A stretch of DNA of 64,000 bases from Mobula hypostoma. Lineage: Eukaryota. This document shows positions 38,241 through 51,432 of the stretch, piece after piece (the first letter of the stretch is position 1; the number at the start of each line of letters is the position of its first letter). Position numbers and translations under genes: made by a program. The notes under the pieces are model-generated. The model worked only from the letters and a program-made list of their open reading frames with translations. It was not told where the DNA came from and ran no database searches. The DNA is taken from NCBI RefSeq assembly GCF_963921235.1, contig NC_086118.1, positions 17,362,001-17,426,000 of the forward strand, given 5' to 3'.

Positions 38241-39718
38241 AATATAGTTGTTGCTAGTGTTGGACATTTACAAACTATGTACAGTGGCATTAGACTTAGG
38301 GCTGGGAGGGTAACTGTTTTATGTCACATATATCACACACCATGGTCCAGCACATTTCGCAGGTACATGATTTCTAACAGACTGTGTTTTCTGCTCCCAT
38401 CTCAGTCAAAAACAGAGATCTTATGTTCATCAAAGGAAATGCTTCAAGGTATCTCTCATGAAGGCAGGCTTTTGTATTAAGAGCTGGCCACTGAGCAATC
38501 TCAAAGATCTGACAATATCAATCAAGTAGGATCCCATGATAAAGCCATAAAATATAAAGAAAAGCAGAGGAGGACAAAAAATAATGGAAGTTGACAGACA
38601 TTAACCATTTTGCAAACAGCTGTAGCTTCTGTGAAAGAATATGTGGATCTTAAATTAGACTGAATCATCTTGGAATCCATTAGCGAACAGAGATTATCCT
38701 TAAATTAAGGGATTATTGCCGCTAACACAATTTGTACTATGCACTGTTAGTTCAAAAAAGTTAGGTTTTCTACAATTTTCCCCTCAACACCCAAAGCCCA
38801 GCACTGAAGAAAAGAAATTCAAATATCTGGATGATGACGTAAAATAGTAGCAGCATCACATCTGAAGTCCGCCAAGAACAGCGATCCTGAACAAACAGTG
38901 TGACTTGTCGGCAACATCTCATAATTGCCTCAAGCCAAACCGAATCCAAAAAAACACATTAAAATGAAAACCTTTAATGAAATACACTTCATATATCCAT
39001 GAAATATTATTTTTAAAGGAGGCAAAGTTTTTTTAAGTTTTAAAAATTAATCTTGAACTTTTCATGAGTCTTAGACAGAAAGCACTCCAAGTCAAAGATG
39101 GTTGATATGCTTAATTGAGCATTTTTATCTTCTTGCCTTGTGAAAATGACTCAATATCACAGGTCAGTCCTGCATTTAGATAAAAATTCACAGATACTGT
39201 CTCATGTCTTGAATGATCCCTGTTCGTTTTTGCAAGGGTAGCTCACCATATCAATGAAGAGTTTATCTTGTTAATTTGATTTTATAATAAATATTTATCG
39301 CAATTTTGGAACGATGAATTCTTTATCCCACAATGAGTCTACCTTAGGCCTTAGGATGCCATCACTAATGAAAAAGTGCACCACTCAATCTTCATACTTG
39401 TCTAAAACCAGTCTACTGCTGCTGCTTCTATGAAACCTCAGTAAATTAGTATCTTGTATGCTTTCCATTTCCAGCTAATGCTATAGAATAATACTTTTTT
39501 TGTAACTGCAGATTTTCAATAGAGAACTTTATTTGCAATTGTCAGGCCCAATCTGGATAACTCTCTGACTTTCGAATGAAATTATTTATATAAAATTTAT
39601 AAATCTGCCTTCAATGGGTCTTCTCTTTCCTTTATAAATGGATTTTGATGTGCAACACAAACATTTTGTTTGATAAGATTACATTTTCTTTTAAAGCTAA
39701 GAAACATGGTGGAGATAT

Positions 39719-40905
39719 AACCATACAACCATATAACAATTACAGCAGGGAAACAGGCTATCTCAGCCCTTCCAGTCCATGCTGAACGCTACTCTCTCCT
39801 CGTCCCACCGACCTGCACTCAGCCATAACCCTCCATTCCTTTCCTGTCCATATAGCTATCCAATTTTACTTTAAATGACAATATCGAAACTGCCTCAACC
39901 ACTTCTGCTGGGAGCTCGTTCCACACAGCCACCACTCTCTGAGTAAAGAAGTTCCCCCTCCTGTTACCCCTAAACTTTTGCCCTTTAACTCTCAACTCAT
40001 GTCCTCTTGTTTGAATCTCCCCTACTCTCAATGGAAAAAGCCTATCCCCCTCATAATTTTAAATACCTCTATTAAGTCCCCCCTCAACCTTCTACGCTCC
40101 AAAGAATAAAGACCCAACTTGTTCAACCTTTCTCTGTAACTTAGGTGCTGAAATCCAGGTAACATCCCAGTAAATTTTTTCTGTACTCTCTCTATTTTGT
40201 TGACATTGTTCCTATTATTCGGTGACCAGAACTGTACACAATACTCCAATACTCCAAATTTGGCCTTATCAATGCCTTGTACAACTTTAACATTACATCC
40301 CAACTCCTATACTCCTATACTGATTTATAAAGGCTAGCATACCAAAAGCTTCCTTCACCATCCTATCCACATGAGATTCCACCTTCAGGGAACTATGCAC
40401 CATTATTCCTAGATCCCTCTGTTCTATTGCATTCTTCAATGCCCTACCATTTGCCATGTATGTCCTATTTTGATTAGTCCTACCAAAATGTAGCACCTCA
40501 CATTTATCAGCATTAAACTCCATCTGCCATCTTTCACCCCACTCTTCTAACTGGCCTAAATCTCTCTGCAAGCTTTGAAAACTACTTCATTATCCACAAC
40601 GCCACCTATTTTAGTATCATCTGCATACTTACTAATCCAATTTACCACCCCATCATCCAGATCATTAATGTATATGACAAACAACGTTGGACCCAGTACA
40701 GATCCCTGAGGCACACCACTAGTCACCAGCCTCCAATCTGACAAAAAGTTATCCACCACTACTCTCTGGCATCTCCCATCCAGCCACTGCTGAATCCATT
40801 TCACTACTTCAATATTAATACCTAATAATTGAACCTTCCTAACTAACCTTCCGTGTGGAATCTTGTCAAAGGCCTTACTGAAGTCCATATAGACAACATC
40901 CACCG
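39719..40905 (-). mobile_element. CR1 LINE, 5'-truncated
   Basis: [36 protein letters not shown]; (aaccatat)-type tail at 39719. Confidence 0.9.
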
Positions 40906-41245
40906 CTGTCTCTACGAAAGGAGGTGTAAGGTGCTCTTTCCCTCCACTAGCCTGCAGACCACTCCTGAGCAAGGTGTAGCACATGTTTAGCCCAGCCCCA
41001 CCGATCAGGGTCATGTGAAACTATGAGAGCAGGTGGTGGATGGTTGTATGTGCAGCCGGTTCATGTCATAAGTCCTAGTTATGCAGCCATTGACGCCAAG
41101 CAGAAAATCTCTGAGAAGTGTTGATAAGTCACTGCCCAGAAGAAGGCAATGCAAAACCACTTCTGTAGAAAAATTAACTAAGAACAATCATGGTCATAAA
41201 AAGACAATGATCGCTCACGTCATACGACATGGCACTTAACGAACA
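40906..41245 (+). mobile_element. Probable RTE-related non-autonomous element (SINE-like)
   Basis: Contains cagaagaaggcaatgcaaaaccacttctgta, similar to the RTE/Bov-A motif GGAGAAGG(C/A)AATGGCAA(A/C)CCACTCCAGTA, plus a downstream hairpin atcatggtc...gacaatgat. Confidence 0.5.
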
Positions 41246-41883
41246 CTTGAAGAAATGGTTAATTATTTTTGGTGGAGATCATTGAATGATTGGCAACTAC
41301 TCAGCATATCAGGTGTTTAAGTTTGGTATTGTTTTGTACTGGAGAAAGTTAGTTCTCCAAAGAATGTTTGTTCACTTTATGTGTGAAAAGTTAAGAATGG
41401 GAGCCCTGGGACTCTTTTAAAGGGCAACATTGGTAAGAGGTATTTAAAGGCGAGGTGGAGGTAATATACCTGATGTAGTATATCGGAAGTAATATATCTG
41501 AAACTATAGAAAGCTAGAAAGAGTCTGATGGCTGGATGGGACTGAATTGTGGAAGGGAGGAAATGAGGAAAAAAGAGTTTGGATAGTCCAAAAAAAAAAC
41601 ATAAACAGTTTGGAATCAAATGGAGATTATTAGCATATCCAAGTCTCTACATTTTTCCTCATGTGTGTTATAATTTATTCTTGCATTATTAAAACTGGCT
41701 CCCTCTGTTCTTTAAGTTTATACTCGTTCATTTAGATTGCAAACTCTTTAAGAATAAGCAAAAAATAAATCAATCCTAACAAAGGAAAATACAATGAAGG
41801 GAACCCTTGAGTCAATTTGAATATTCCAGATGAAATCCAGAAATAGCTAAGAACATCAGATGGAATAAAAGTTATGGGATAAG

Positions 41884-42087
41884 CTCAGCAGGCCAGGCAG
41901 CATCTATGGAAAAGAGTAAACAGTTGGTGTTTTGGGCCAAAACTCATCAGTCCTGAAGAAGGTTCTCAGCTCGAAGTGTCAACTGTTTACTCTTTTCCAT
42001 AGATGCTGCCTGGCCTGTTGAGTTCCCCCAACATTTTGTATGTGTTCCTTTGGATTTCCAGAATTTGCAGATTTTCTCTTATTTTTC
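41884..42087. mobile_element. PLE-derived mini fold-back element with perfect 12-bp TSD
   Basis: Inverted arms meeting at ~41948-41950; degenerate hammerhead at 41948-41985; TSD ttatgggataag at 41872-41883 and 42088-42099. Confidence 0.85.
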
Positions 42088-42259
42088 TTATGGGATAAGA
42101 AAATGCCCTGGTCATGCTCTAGCACTGGCCTAGATATGTCCTACCCACAACACCATGGCAAATCATTCCAGCTCACTATTGCCCCCTCAGTATACACTAT
42201 CATCAGTAAAATGACATTAATAACTGTACTACTGAGAGGCACTTACTCATGAATGACCT

Positions 42260-44020
42260 GGTTACTTTGGGTTTTGAAAGGGCAATTCATCTTAGACTCA
42301 TTAAAGTCCTGGACCAAACATGAACTAAGCAGTGAAATCTTGGAAGCAAGTTGAAGGTGATAGCCCTTGATGTCAAGGCTTTGCGTGTCTGAGTGTGGCA
42401 TTGAAGGGTCCCGTAAAACTGAAATCAATATGCATCAAGGGGCAACCACTCCAATGGCTGGAGTAATCGCTTGCATAAGGCAAGATGGTTTTGATTGTTG
42501 GAGTTGAATCATCACTGACTGTAGACATCACAGCAGGAGTTCCTCAGAGTTGTGTCCATGGCTTGACCACTTTCAGCTGACTTCCTCATTAGGCCAGAAG
42601 AGAGGGTGTTTGCTGATGGTCAATTTCATCTGCAGCTCCTTGGAGAACTAAGTAGTGTCATACCACCTCTCAACATTCAGGTATGGGCTGTTAAGCATGA
42701 GTAACATTCAAAACAAATGGGTTAGGTAAAGACTGTCTCCAACACCTTAACACTCAGAGACTTTGAGTGGTTCATTAACGTCCCAGAAAATTGACTAAAA
42801 AGCTTCAGGTTAAGTTCAGGTTCAAACTTATTGTCGTTCAACCAGATAGATGATTTCAGCTAAATGAAACATCGTTCCTTTAGGGCCAAGGTCCAAACAT
42901 GGTATAATTAATCACACACGGCATATATAATTACAACCCAGCATATTCAGTCACAAAATAATATTAACACAAGTCCCTGAGTGGCACGCCCTGGAGATTG
43001 ACAGGTTGACATGAAGTATGAGGTGCATATTTATGTCAGACAGTTTGATGTCACTGGCACTATTATAATAAAACAAGCAATCGTACAAACATTTGAAACG
43101 GTTGCAATAAAAGATGAGAATTGGTCAATGCAGGATGAGAGTGTGCCTGTGAGCCGGGAAGTGGTGGGGATTGGGTGCAGCAGGGCATTCAGACAGGGTG
43201 CATTTGTGTGCTGTGTGGCCGCATGGTGTTAAGAAGTCTACCAACTTGGGGGAAGGAGCTTATCCAGCCTGATAGTTCTGATTCTTGTTCAGTGGTACCC
43301 TCTGCCTGAGGGTAGGAGGTCAAAGATATTGTGGGGGTGATTAAAGGGGTTTTTGACAATGTTAGGGCCACTGCTTATTCAATGCTTCTGATATATGTCC
43401 TGAATGGGAGGTGGGAGGAGAAAGCCCAATGATTTTTTCAGCTGTCCTCACTATCCATTACAGAGCCTTGTGGTCTGATGAACTGCAATTCCCACACCAG
43501 ATGGTGGTGCAGCTGGACAAGACACTCTCGATGGTCCTCCGGTGGAATACAGTGAGAATTGGGGAAGGAGGGAGCCATCCCCATCATTAGTTAAGTGGAC
43601 CAACCCATAAATATCTAGTGACAAGATCAGATCAAAGACTGAGTATCTTCCATCCAAGTCATTCGCTTACGGACTTCTTAAAACCTTTCCACTCTTTATA
43701 AGGCTGAAAGGGAAACTGCAAATTCACTGCATTTACTTGCTTAGATACACCATCAGCCACTCCCAAAATTTGATTCAGTTATCAAGAAGATAGAGTAGCA
43801 AATGTGTAGGAACATGTCTGTATTATGCTGGGAAAGCATTCATGTCCCTTCATTAAAGCTAGATCTAAATCTTCAAATTCCCTCCCTGACAACTCTTGAA
43901 CCTTTAACAGTAGGACTGCAGTGGTTTGAACCAATGCTGGACTCTGCTTTCTCTTGGGTAATCAAGAATGGATGATGAAGTACTGGCCTTTCTAATGATG
44001 TTCTCATGCTGAAAGTGAAT
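42260..44020 (+). mobile_element. Old L2/CR1-group LINE remnant (RT at ~42260-42780, 3' end at ~43690-44020) interrupted by Rex1
   Basis: ALDVK...VWH, GVPQ.CV.G, FAD motifs; 3' tail resembles the fragments at ~5235-5280 and ~5880-6010. Confidence 0.5.
42824..43575 (-). mobile_element. Rex1/Babar-type LINE 3' fragment
   Basis: Minus strand resembles FY..TIESVLSSCTTIW...LLPSGRGY...SFFPQVGRLLN; (ttcagg)n tail at 42824. Confidence 0.65.
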
Positions 44021-45559
44021 TTTTAAAAAGTAGCAGTGGCAAACTTGACTTTAGGCAATATCAGAGTCACTGAGCATCATCTCTCAGCTGCTTAAACAGC
44101 TTGTTCAGTCACTGTAAATCCGTAATGATTTATCTGAATGGAAAAAGAGATTGATCACTGCTTGTCTCTGTCAGCAAGGGAAGATTTCTTCCATACACAT
44201 AATCCAACAAAACCACATTTATAACAAATGAGAGCACTGTAGCACATCTTCAATTCCTTTAAAGGCCAAATTAATGTTCCACTACCTTAAGAGCGAATTT
44301 TATATTATTCATTAAAATATGAAGGTTTCTGTATTTTAATGAGTGTTACCTTGTTAACCATTATCAAATTTATTCGCTACTAACAACTTTATTTTTGCAA
44401 ATTGCTTCAGTTTTTGAGAGAAGTTGGAATTATCAGAATAATGTTGTGATTCAATAGTTACTACAACCTAAAAACTAAATGGTAAAATTGGCAAATCTTC
44501 CTGAAGCTATCAGATTTAATCCCTAATGTTTTAAAAACATATTAAAAACCTTTATCCCATCAAATGTGTTCCTTTAAACTGATAGTAATTCAATGATATT
44601 GCTCACAAAATATGATGGAGTTATAACACCGCTTAGTGGACGTAACCTGCAGAGACAATATCACAGGAGTGGATTAACAACAACTTTCCATGATAAATAT
44701 AACTAATTATATAGAGGAATTTCCAAATCTCCAGTTTTAGGTTGTGTTTATTTAAAAGACATATTCAAAATTGTGATGACTGAATTGTCTTCTTCCAAAT
44801 AATATAAGCTCCTCACTGGCCTTCTAAAGTATCAGACAGGAAAACATGATACCGCCAGCAGCTGGTTTTACGGGCTTCTTGGATGTTTGTCCTCCATAGT
44901 TTGACCTTTAAGGCCACAGACATGCTTTGGATCATGGAGTACCTTCTCTTTTGTGGAGCAAGTGACCACACATTCCAGACCTATGAGGGTTCTGTTGACG
45001 ACTGGCCACTGCCTTCGAGTGGCAATGAGACCAAAGATCTCGGCCACAGAGTTAGTGAAGAGGTGGTGCCTCCAACCTCATTGGATGTATCCATATTTCC
45101 TTCCACCTGGCTTTGTGCCTTTGGCAAACATGTTAGCTACTCATTCCAAGACTGGCCACTGTGATTTTAAACATCTTTGTCATGATCTTTAAGAATAAGA
45201 AGGTTGATTCAGCTCATAAATGTTTCTGTCCTGCAGAAAATGTTGGAATTGGGATAAAAGGTGGGTGGTGGTAAGCAGGTACAAGGAATTGATTGTGAAC
45301 TTCAAGAAAGAGAAGTTGGGAGAACACACACCGATCCTTATCCGCAGTGGAAACAGTAAGCAGCTTCTAGTTCCTAGGTGTCAGCATCTCCAGGGATCTA
45401 TGCTGGGCATGATACATGCACTTCTTCATTGGGCATTTGAGGAGATTTGGTATGTCATCTTCATGGCTATTGTTCCCTGCAGAGGAGCCAGCAAAGGAGG
45501 TTGTATCCAACAGGGCTCTGGTTCACCACTCTAAGAATGTTTGGATTACAGCGTGGAGA

Positions 45560-46368
45560 GCCATCCTATTTGTAAACTAGGCCTACTGCCCCCAGGTCAA
45601 CTGCTGCTGGTGCCCAGCCAGAAAAATCCAGCCCGGTGACTGTGTCTGATTGTCCACCTGAGATCTGTCCCCATGTATCAACTTCTGCAAGCTCTAACTT
45701 CAGTTCGTTGGTCACTTACCAGCTCCAGCTTGCATTGTTCCTCAGGCTCACACCTACTTTCCATGTATCTGGCCTCACACCCTTGTCCACGGACCACTCA
45801 GCCCACCTGAACCTGCATCTCCTGAACCTAGGATGGTGGAAGTCGGTCCAGGGTTGGTGCAAGGTCTGCTGGTTAATGAATTCATGTTGTCATGGACAGA
45901 CTGTGTAGCACCTGGTCGAGACTAAGAAGGGCATGGCCTGGAGGAGAGGTTTTGGGTGCTGTCTGGTTTCAACGTGAATCTATCGCTCATTTAGCAGTTC
46001 TATTGGACCCATTCAGATCATCCAGGGTCATTGGGAGCTGGCTGTAGGAGTGAGGTGGGGTTCCTGTAAGGCACGCACAGACAGGCATCTCCTAGTCTCT
46101 ACCCAGCTAAAAGGAACCATCTGTTAATCATTTGCAATTCATCACCTGCAGCCTATTTGAACCCCGCTCTCATCCACAATCCTTGTTCATTCATATGAAC
46201 CAGCCATCCCCAGCCAGTTTCTCCTAGCCTTGAGTTATTTTGTTGCCTGTGGTGTTTAGTATCTGTTTTCTCTTGTTTCGTGGTCCCTCATGGCTTATTA
46301 TTTTGCAGTTTATCGCTCGCTGCAAAATTGTCTCAGCTGCTCTGCATTTGGGTCAAGGCTCCTCTACA
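45560..46368 (+). mobile_element. Gypsy (chromovirus-like) LTR retrotransposon remnant: integrase C-terminus/chromodomain, PPT, 3' LTR
   Basis: VTYQLQL...LTPTFHVSGL.P (GPY/F-like); decayed chromodomain-like stretch at ~45870-45960; purine tract ggagtgaggtgggg; putative LTR from TGT at 46066 to ~46368. Confidence 0.65.
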
Positions 46369-46750
46369 TTTTTTGATGGATTGGCATCAGTTCAGTAGTT
46401 TGAAAGGATTTTGACTTGCAGTTCATGGAATAGATGTAGAGAATTGGATTGACTGGAGCCAAGAAACAGCAGGGGACAAAACACTGCTAGGTAAGTGAAA
46501 ATCAAAAATCTACCTTTTTGGAAATCTGAGATAAAAACAGAAAATGCTCGAAGCAGCAAGAGAAGAAATGAGGAATTTAGAGGTGCATGTAACAGGATTA
46601 AAACAGAATTCAGTATTAATAATGTTGAGGATGAATTTGTGTGAGGTTTTGCGAGTTGGCTTTCAAGATTAGTACTTTGCTGAACCAGCAAAGCAAAAAA
46701 CAATTTCAGATCTAACACTGTCCAAAGAGAAAAGGTTAGTTCATAATCTC

Positions 46751-46880
46751 GTTCTAAAATTCCCCAGGAAATAGTGCTATGTTAAGATAAAAAGTTCTAA
46801 AGTTCCCCAGGAAAGAGTGTTTATGTTAAGATAAAAAGTTTTAGAATTCCCCAGGAAAGAACAACTTTGTTAAGATCAAA
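46751..46880. repeat. Minisatellite, three units of 43-44 bp
   Basis: Units start at 46751, 46794 and 46838, each with ttccccaggaaa...tgttaagat. Confidence 0.9.
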
Positions 46881-47699
46881 TTTACTTTAAGTTGGAAAGT
46901 AATATAATTGTATCTGAATCCTGGAGCTTCATTCTAACTAAAAACCTGATTGGTCAGGGGAGATTGGGAAACTATTGTAAAGTGTATTGTAATTGTAAAG
47001 TGAAATGGCTAACACATACAGAAATAATGTATGATTAGTAATGCACACTTCTTAATGGCACAAGACAATGGGGAATTAATATTAATAATAGTATATTAAC
47101 GATAGTATGTTACAGATATCAAACCTAAGGAAAAGGCGTAATAAAGATGCCAGAAAGGTCTGAAGGTAAGGAACACTTCAGAATTCAACAAACTATATTG
47201 AAGGAATTAATAAAGGCAGTCATCCAAGCCCCAAATCTAAATATTTTTTAATAAAATTAAAGAAGAGTATACTGAAAATAGTCGAAATGAGGCAACTCAA
47301 CTCTAACTATTCCTATTCCAGCTCTCTCTATCCCTGCTTCCTGAACTACTGAGTATTTCCAGAATTTTCTTTTTATTTCAAATTTCCTGTAAGGTTAATC
47401 TAACAAGAAACATGAAAGCAGAATGTCAGTGCGTCTGTAAATGTAGAACTGAAGAGACCAGCAAGGGCAAGTGTGGCTCTTTGGTTAACAAAAAACATAG
47501 AGCAGTCATTCTGATAGCTATAGGATTGAATAGTCAAACACTAAGTTTGACTATTGTTTCAGAAGTGTTAGTGTTATTATGTTAACCAAGCATGTTAATA
47601 TATTTGTGTTACAAATGAATTCAGCATTGCCTTTCATTAGACTCTTTATTTCTGTTTCGTGTTAGTAGAGGTTATTATTTTCTTGGTAAGAAGGTAAAA

Positions 47700-47890
47700 G
47701 AAAACTGTAGATGCTGGGAATTTGAAATAAAAAGAGAAAATGCTGGAATTGCTCAGTAGGTCAAGCAGCATGAGTAGAGAGAGAGAGAGAGAGAGAGAAA
47801 TGCAGAACTAACATGAGGTTTTATCTCTGTTTCTCTCTCTATGGATTCAGCCTGTTTTGACAATTTGTGGCACTTTCTGTATTTTAATTT
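47700..47890. mobile_element. Old PLE-derived fold-back element containing a (GA)n tract
   Basis: ctgtagatgctgggaatttgaaat...aatgctgg...ctcagtaggtcaagcagcat matches the PLE 3' end on the minus strand; a degenerate inverted arm follows. Confidence 0.55.
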
Positions 47891-48251
47891 TATGAAGACT
47901 TAGATCAGGCTTGGATCAGTACCAACAGAGAACGAAGTGGGATGTTTCAATAGGACTTGGGTCCAGATCTCCAATTACTTCATTTATAACAAAAGACGGT
48001 CAGAAATAGAAGTAGAAGTAAGCCAATCAGACCTGAAACCAGCTCAGGTGGCTGATCATTTAATTCAACATGATTTGTCTGCCCACTCTTGTATCCCTTT
48101 ATCCCTCCAATATACAGAAATCTACCGATTTCTGTTTTGAATGTGACCACCGCAGCACTCTGGAAGACAGAATTCCAAAGGTTCACCACATTCAGATCGA
48201 AGACGTTTCTCCTTATTTCAGTGCTACCATGGGTTTCAAGAGAGTAACTCA

Positions 48252-48365
48252 AGACTGCAGATGTAGGAACAAAAGGCTGAAGGAACTCTGCAGGTTAGGT
48301 AGCATCTACAGATGCTGTCATACATACTGCGTGACTTCCTGAGCTCCTCCAGCGTTTTGTGTGTT
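48252..48365. mobile_element. Old PLE-derived mini fold-back element
   Basis: ctgcagatg...gctgaaggaactc...gcatctacagatgctg...ctgagctcctccagcgttttgt, inverted arms. Confidence 0.55.
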
Positions 48366-48865
48366 ACTACCACATATTTAAAATTATCCCAACATCCAGC
48401 AACTTGAAGCTGCTCATCCTTTCCATTGCTGACCTCTCAGTGAGGACTGATGGGCCATTCCCCTGACTCCCCTTTCTGAAGTCCACAGTCAATTCCTTGG
48501 TCTTTTCTGGTGTTGAGTGTGAGGTTGTTGTAGTGACACCACTCAACAATCTGATCTATCTCACTCCAGTACGCCTTCTCATCACCATCCTGCAAGCAAT
48601 AGTGGTGATGTTGGCAAATTTATCAATGGTATTCAAGCTGTACTTAACCACCCAGTTATGAGTGTAGAGAATTGGGCTAAGCACGCATCTGTGATGTGGG
48701 CCTTAGCTGACTATCAGTGTGGAAGAGATGTTGTTACCAATCCGCACTGACTGTGGTCCCTGATGAGGAAGTCGGAGGTCCAACTGCAGAGGAAGGCACT
48801 GTGGTCCATGTTTTGAAGGTTGTTGATTAGTAACATTGGGATGATGGTGTTGAATGTTGAGCTGT
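48366..48865 (-). mobile_element. Rex1/Babar-type LINE RT fragment
   Basis: KTKELTVDFRKG, MERMSSFKLL motifs. Confidence 0.7.
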
Positions 48866-50464
48866 TCTGTCTAATGCAACATTTATTCTGACAAATTTCA
48901 CCTGTTCATCCTTTCACCTTTCCTTTCCACCACTTAATGTTCCTGATCTTCCAAAACATGTTTCTTTTCTTCTCCAACCCATAGTACTGCAAACACTTCA
49001 GCTCAACATCTTTCATATTTTGAGACTTCATGCTTTTCTGATATGGTACAATCACTTTTCACTCTAATAGTAATAGTGAAGCTCACCAAGTATCTTATCA
49101 ACGTATTGAAGATCGGTTATTATGTCTGCATGCCTGTGGTAAAATTATTTAATAATCTGTAACCCAATTGTTATTAAGCAGGTTAGACAATGTGAGCACA
49201 ATTTCACGGAAATGTTCTAGCCAAGATTAGATTTCTACTGATCTATATAGGCTGTCAAATTTCAGACTACGAACCCTCTAGGTGTGAGAAGGCTATTAGT
49301 GCCATTTTCCTGCACTATCTGCATGTCCCTTGATTCCCTTAATATCCAGAAACATATTGATTCCTGTTTTGAATTAATTCAATGGCTAAGTCTCTCTAGT
49401 ATTTCAGGATAGAGGATTCCCAATGTTTGCCACCCTTTGAATTCAGAAACTTCTTCTTATCTCAATACAACATGGTTTGTTTCTTCTTCTGAGATGGTCT
49501 CTTCAGCCCATCGTCCCAGTATCTCACCTGTCTAGCCCAACAGGAATTTTTAAAGTTTCAGTGTGGTCTCTTCTCATTCAAGAAAACTCTAGAGAATACA
49601 TCCCAGTCTACTCAATGGCTCCTCTGAGCGCAAATCCACCATCTCTGGAACTAGTCGAGTGAACATTCAATATTCTCCTTCTTTGGTAAGTATGATTTTT
49701 GTTAGGTCAGACATTCTTTCAATAGGGTGAACTTAGAGTTTTCACTTTTTGTTCTTTTATTTAATTGTGCAGTTCCTTCATTGTCAGTGGAATTCAACGA
49801 GATCTGGCCAAGAAGTAGTGGCCCATGGAGGTACTCACTAATACCAACTATCCTTCTTTGTTCGAAAAAGACTGCAATGAAAAGTAGTGGCATCTTTTGG
49901 AATGATTTCTTGCCAGAGAATTCACTAAGTTTATACATAAAGACATAATGATCTGCCTGTTAGCCCATGGGCATGGTTTCTTTGACAACTAATTATTAAT
50001 GTCATAATTTATCTGGCTGCAAAAGTGGACAGCAGAGCTGACTCAACATTGGCAAAACATCAGTCATATCCTGAGGCTTCATGCTTTATTGATATAATGC
50101 AGACTATTATTTTTCAGTCTAATGGTAGCAGAGCCTTTCCATATTGGCTGAAATCCAAGTCAAATGTCCCAGCAATGTATTGATTATCTTGCATGCTTTG
50201 ATAAAATTATTCTGTAAGATGCAGTCCTATCAAGCTTAAAATTAAAATCGATAAGCGGGTTTGAATATTTCAATATATTAAGAACTCAAAGTAAATGGAA
50301 ATTGGTTCTGCTGCAAAGCAGAGGACAAATGAAAACAGATATCAGCTGCATTTGTTGATTGGAGCTTTCCAGCTAACGAAGTGGATATTTTAATATTGTC
50401 TTTCATGATCCTCATTGTAAATAAATTATGTCAATAAATGCATATCATACAAATAAAATACTAA

Positions 50465-51432
50465 TTGATGACCTGGCTGAAGATATGATGGGTGAGTGAA
50501 TAAAGTTTGCAGATGATATGAAGATTGGTGGTATCGTGGATGGCATAGATGTGTGGCAAAGAATACAATGGGATATAGATCAGTTGCAGATCAAGGCGGG
50601 GAAATGGCAGATGCAGTTTAACCTGGCTAGATGTGGACTGTTGCTCCTTGGTAGGTCAAATGTAAAGAGACAGTACACTGTTAAAGACAAGACCCTTAGA
50701 AGTGTTGATGAGCAGAGGGATCTTGAGCTCCAAGTTCAAGCCTCTCTGAAAGAGGCTGCACAGGTTGATAAGGTGGATAACAAGGTATGCGTACCTTTAT
50801 TAGTCAAGGCATTACGTCCAAAACTCAGGAAGTTATGTTGCAGCATGATAAAACTAGTATGCCGCATCTGGATTGTTGCTTACAGCCCTGGTTGCCCCAT
50901 TAGAGGAAGGATATCAAGGCTTTGCTGAGGGTGTAGAAGACGTTTACCAGGATGCTGCCTAGATTAGAGGGCATACACTATATTGAGAGATTGGACGAAC
51001 ATGGGTTGTCTTTTCTGGAGCGGCAGAGGCTAAGGGGAGGTCTGATAGCAGTTTGTAAGATCAAGCATAGATAGCGTAGACAAACAGAATCTTTACCCCA
51101 GGGCTAAAATGTCTAATACCAGCCAGCATGCATTTAAGGTGAGAGGGGGTCATTTTAAAGGTGATGTGAGGGGCAGGTTTTTCATACAGAGAGTGAAAGG
51201 TGCCTGGAGTGCACTGTCTGAGGTCGTGGTAGAGGCAGATACATTAGGGACTTGAAAAAGACATTTAGATAGGCACATAATGTTAGGCAAATGGAAGGAT
51301 ATACTGTATGCATTGTGTAGGCAGAAGAGAATAGTTTAATTGGCCATTTGATTATGAATTTAATTGATCTGGCATCGCATTATGGGTGAAAGGCCCATTC
51401 CTATGCTATACTGTTCTATGTTCTCTGTTCTA
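50465..51432 (+). mobile_element. CR1 LINE, 5'-truncated, degenerate
   Basis: KFADDMKIGG, KWQMQFN motifs; ctatgtt-type tail at ~51410-51430. Confidence 0.8.

Noticed and set aside
46422..46490. 69-nt candidate exon with an AG|gtaagt donor
   Set aside because: The sequence resembles a decayed CR1 RT segment (HGI...ENWL..RKQ), so it is more likely a repeat remnant.
46751..46880. CRISPR-like array
   Set aside because: Units are contiguous without unique spacers, the context is eukaryotic, and there are no cas genes.
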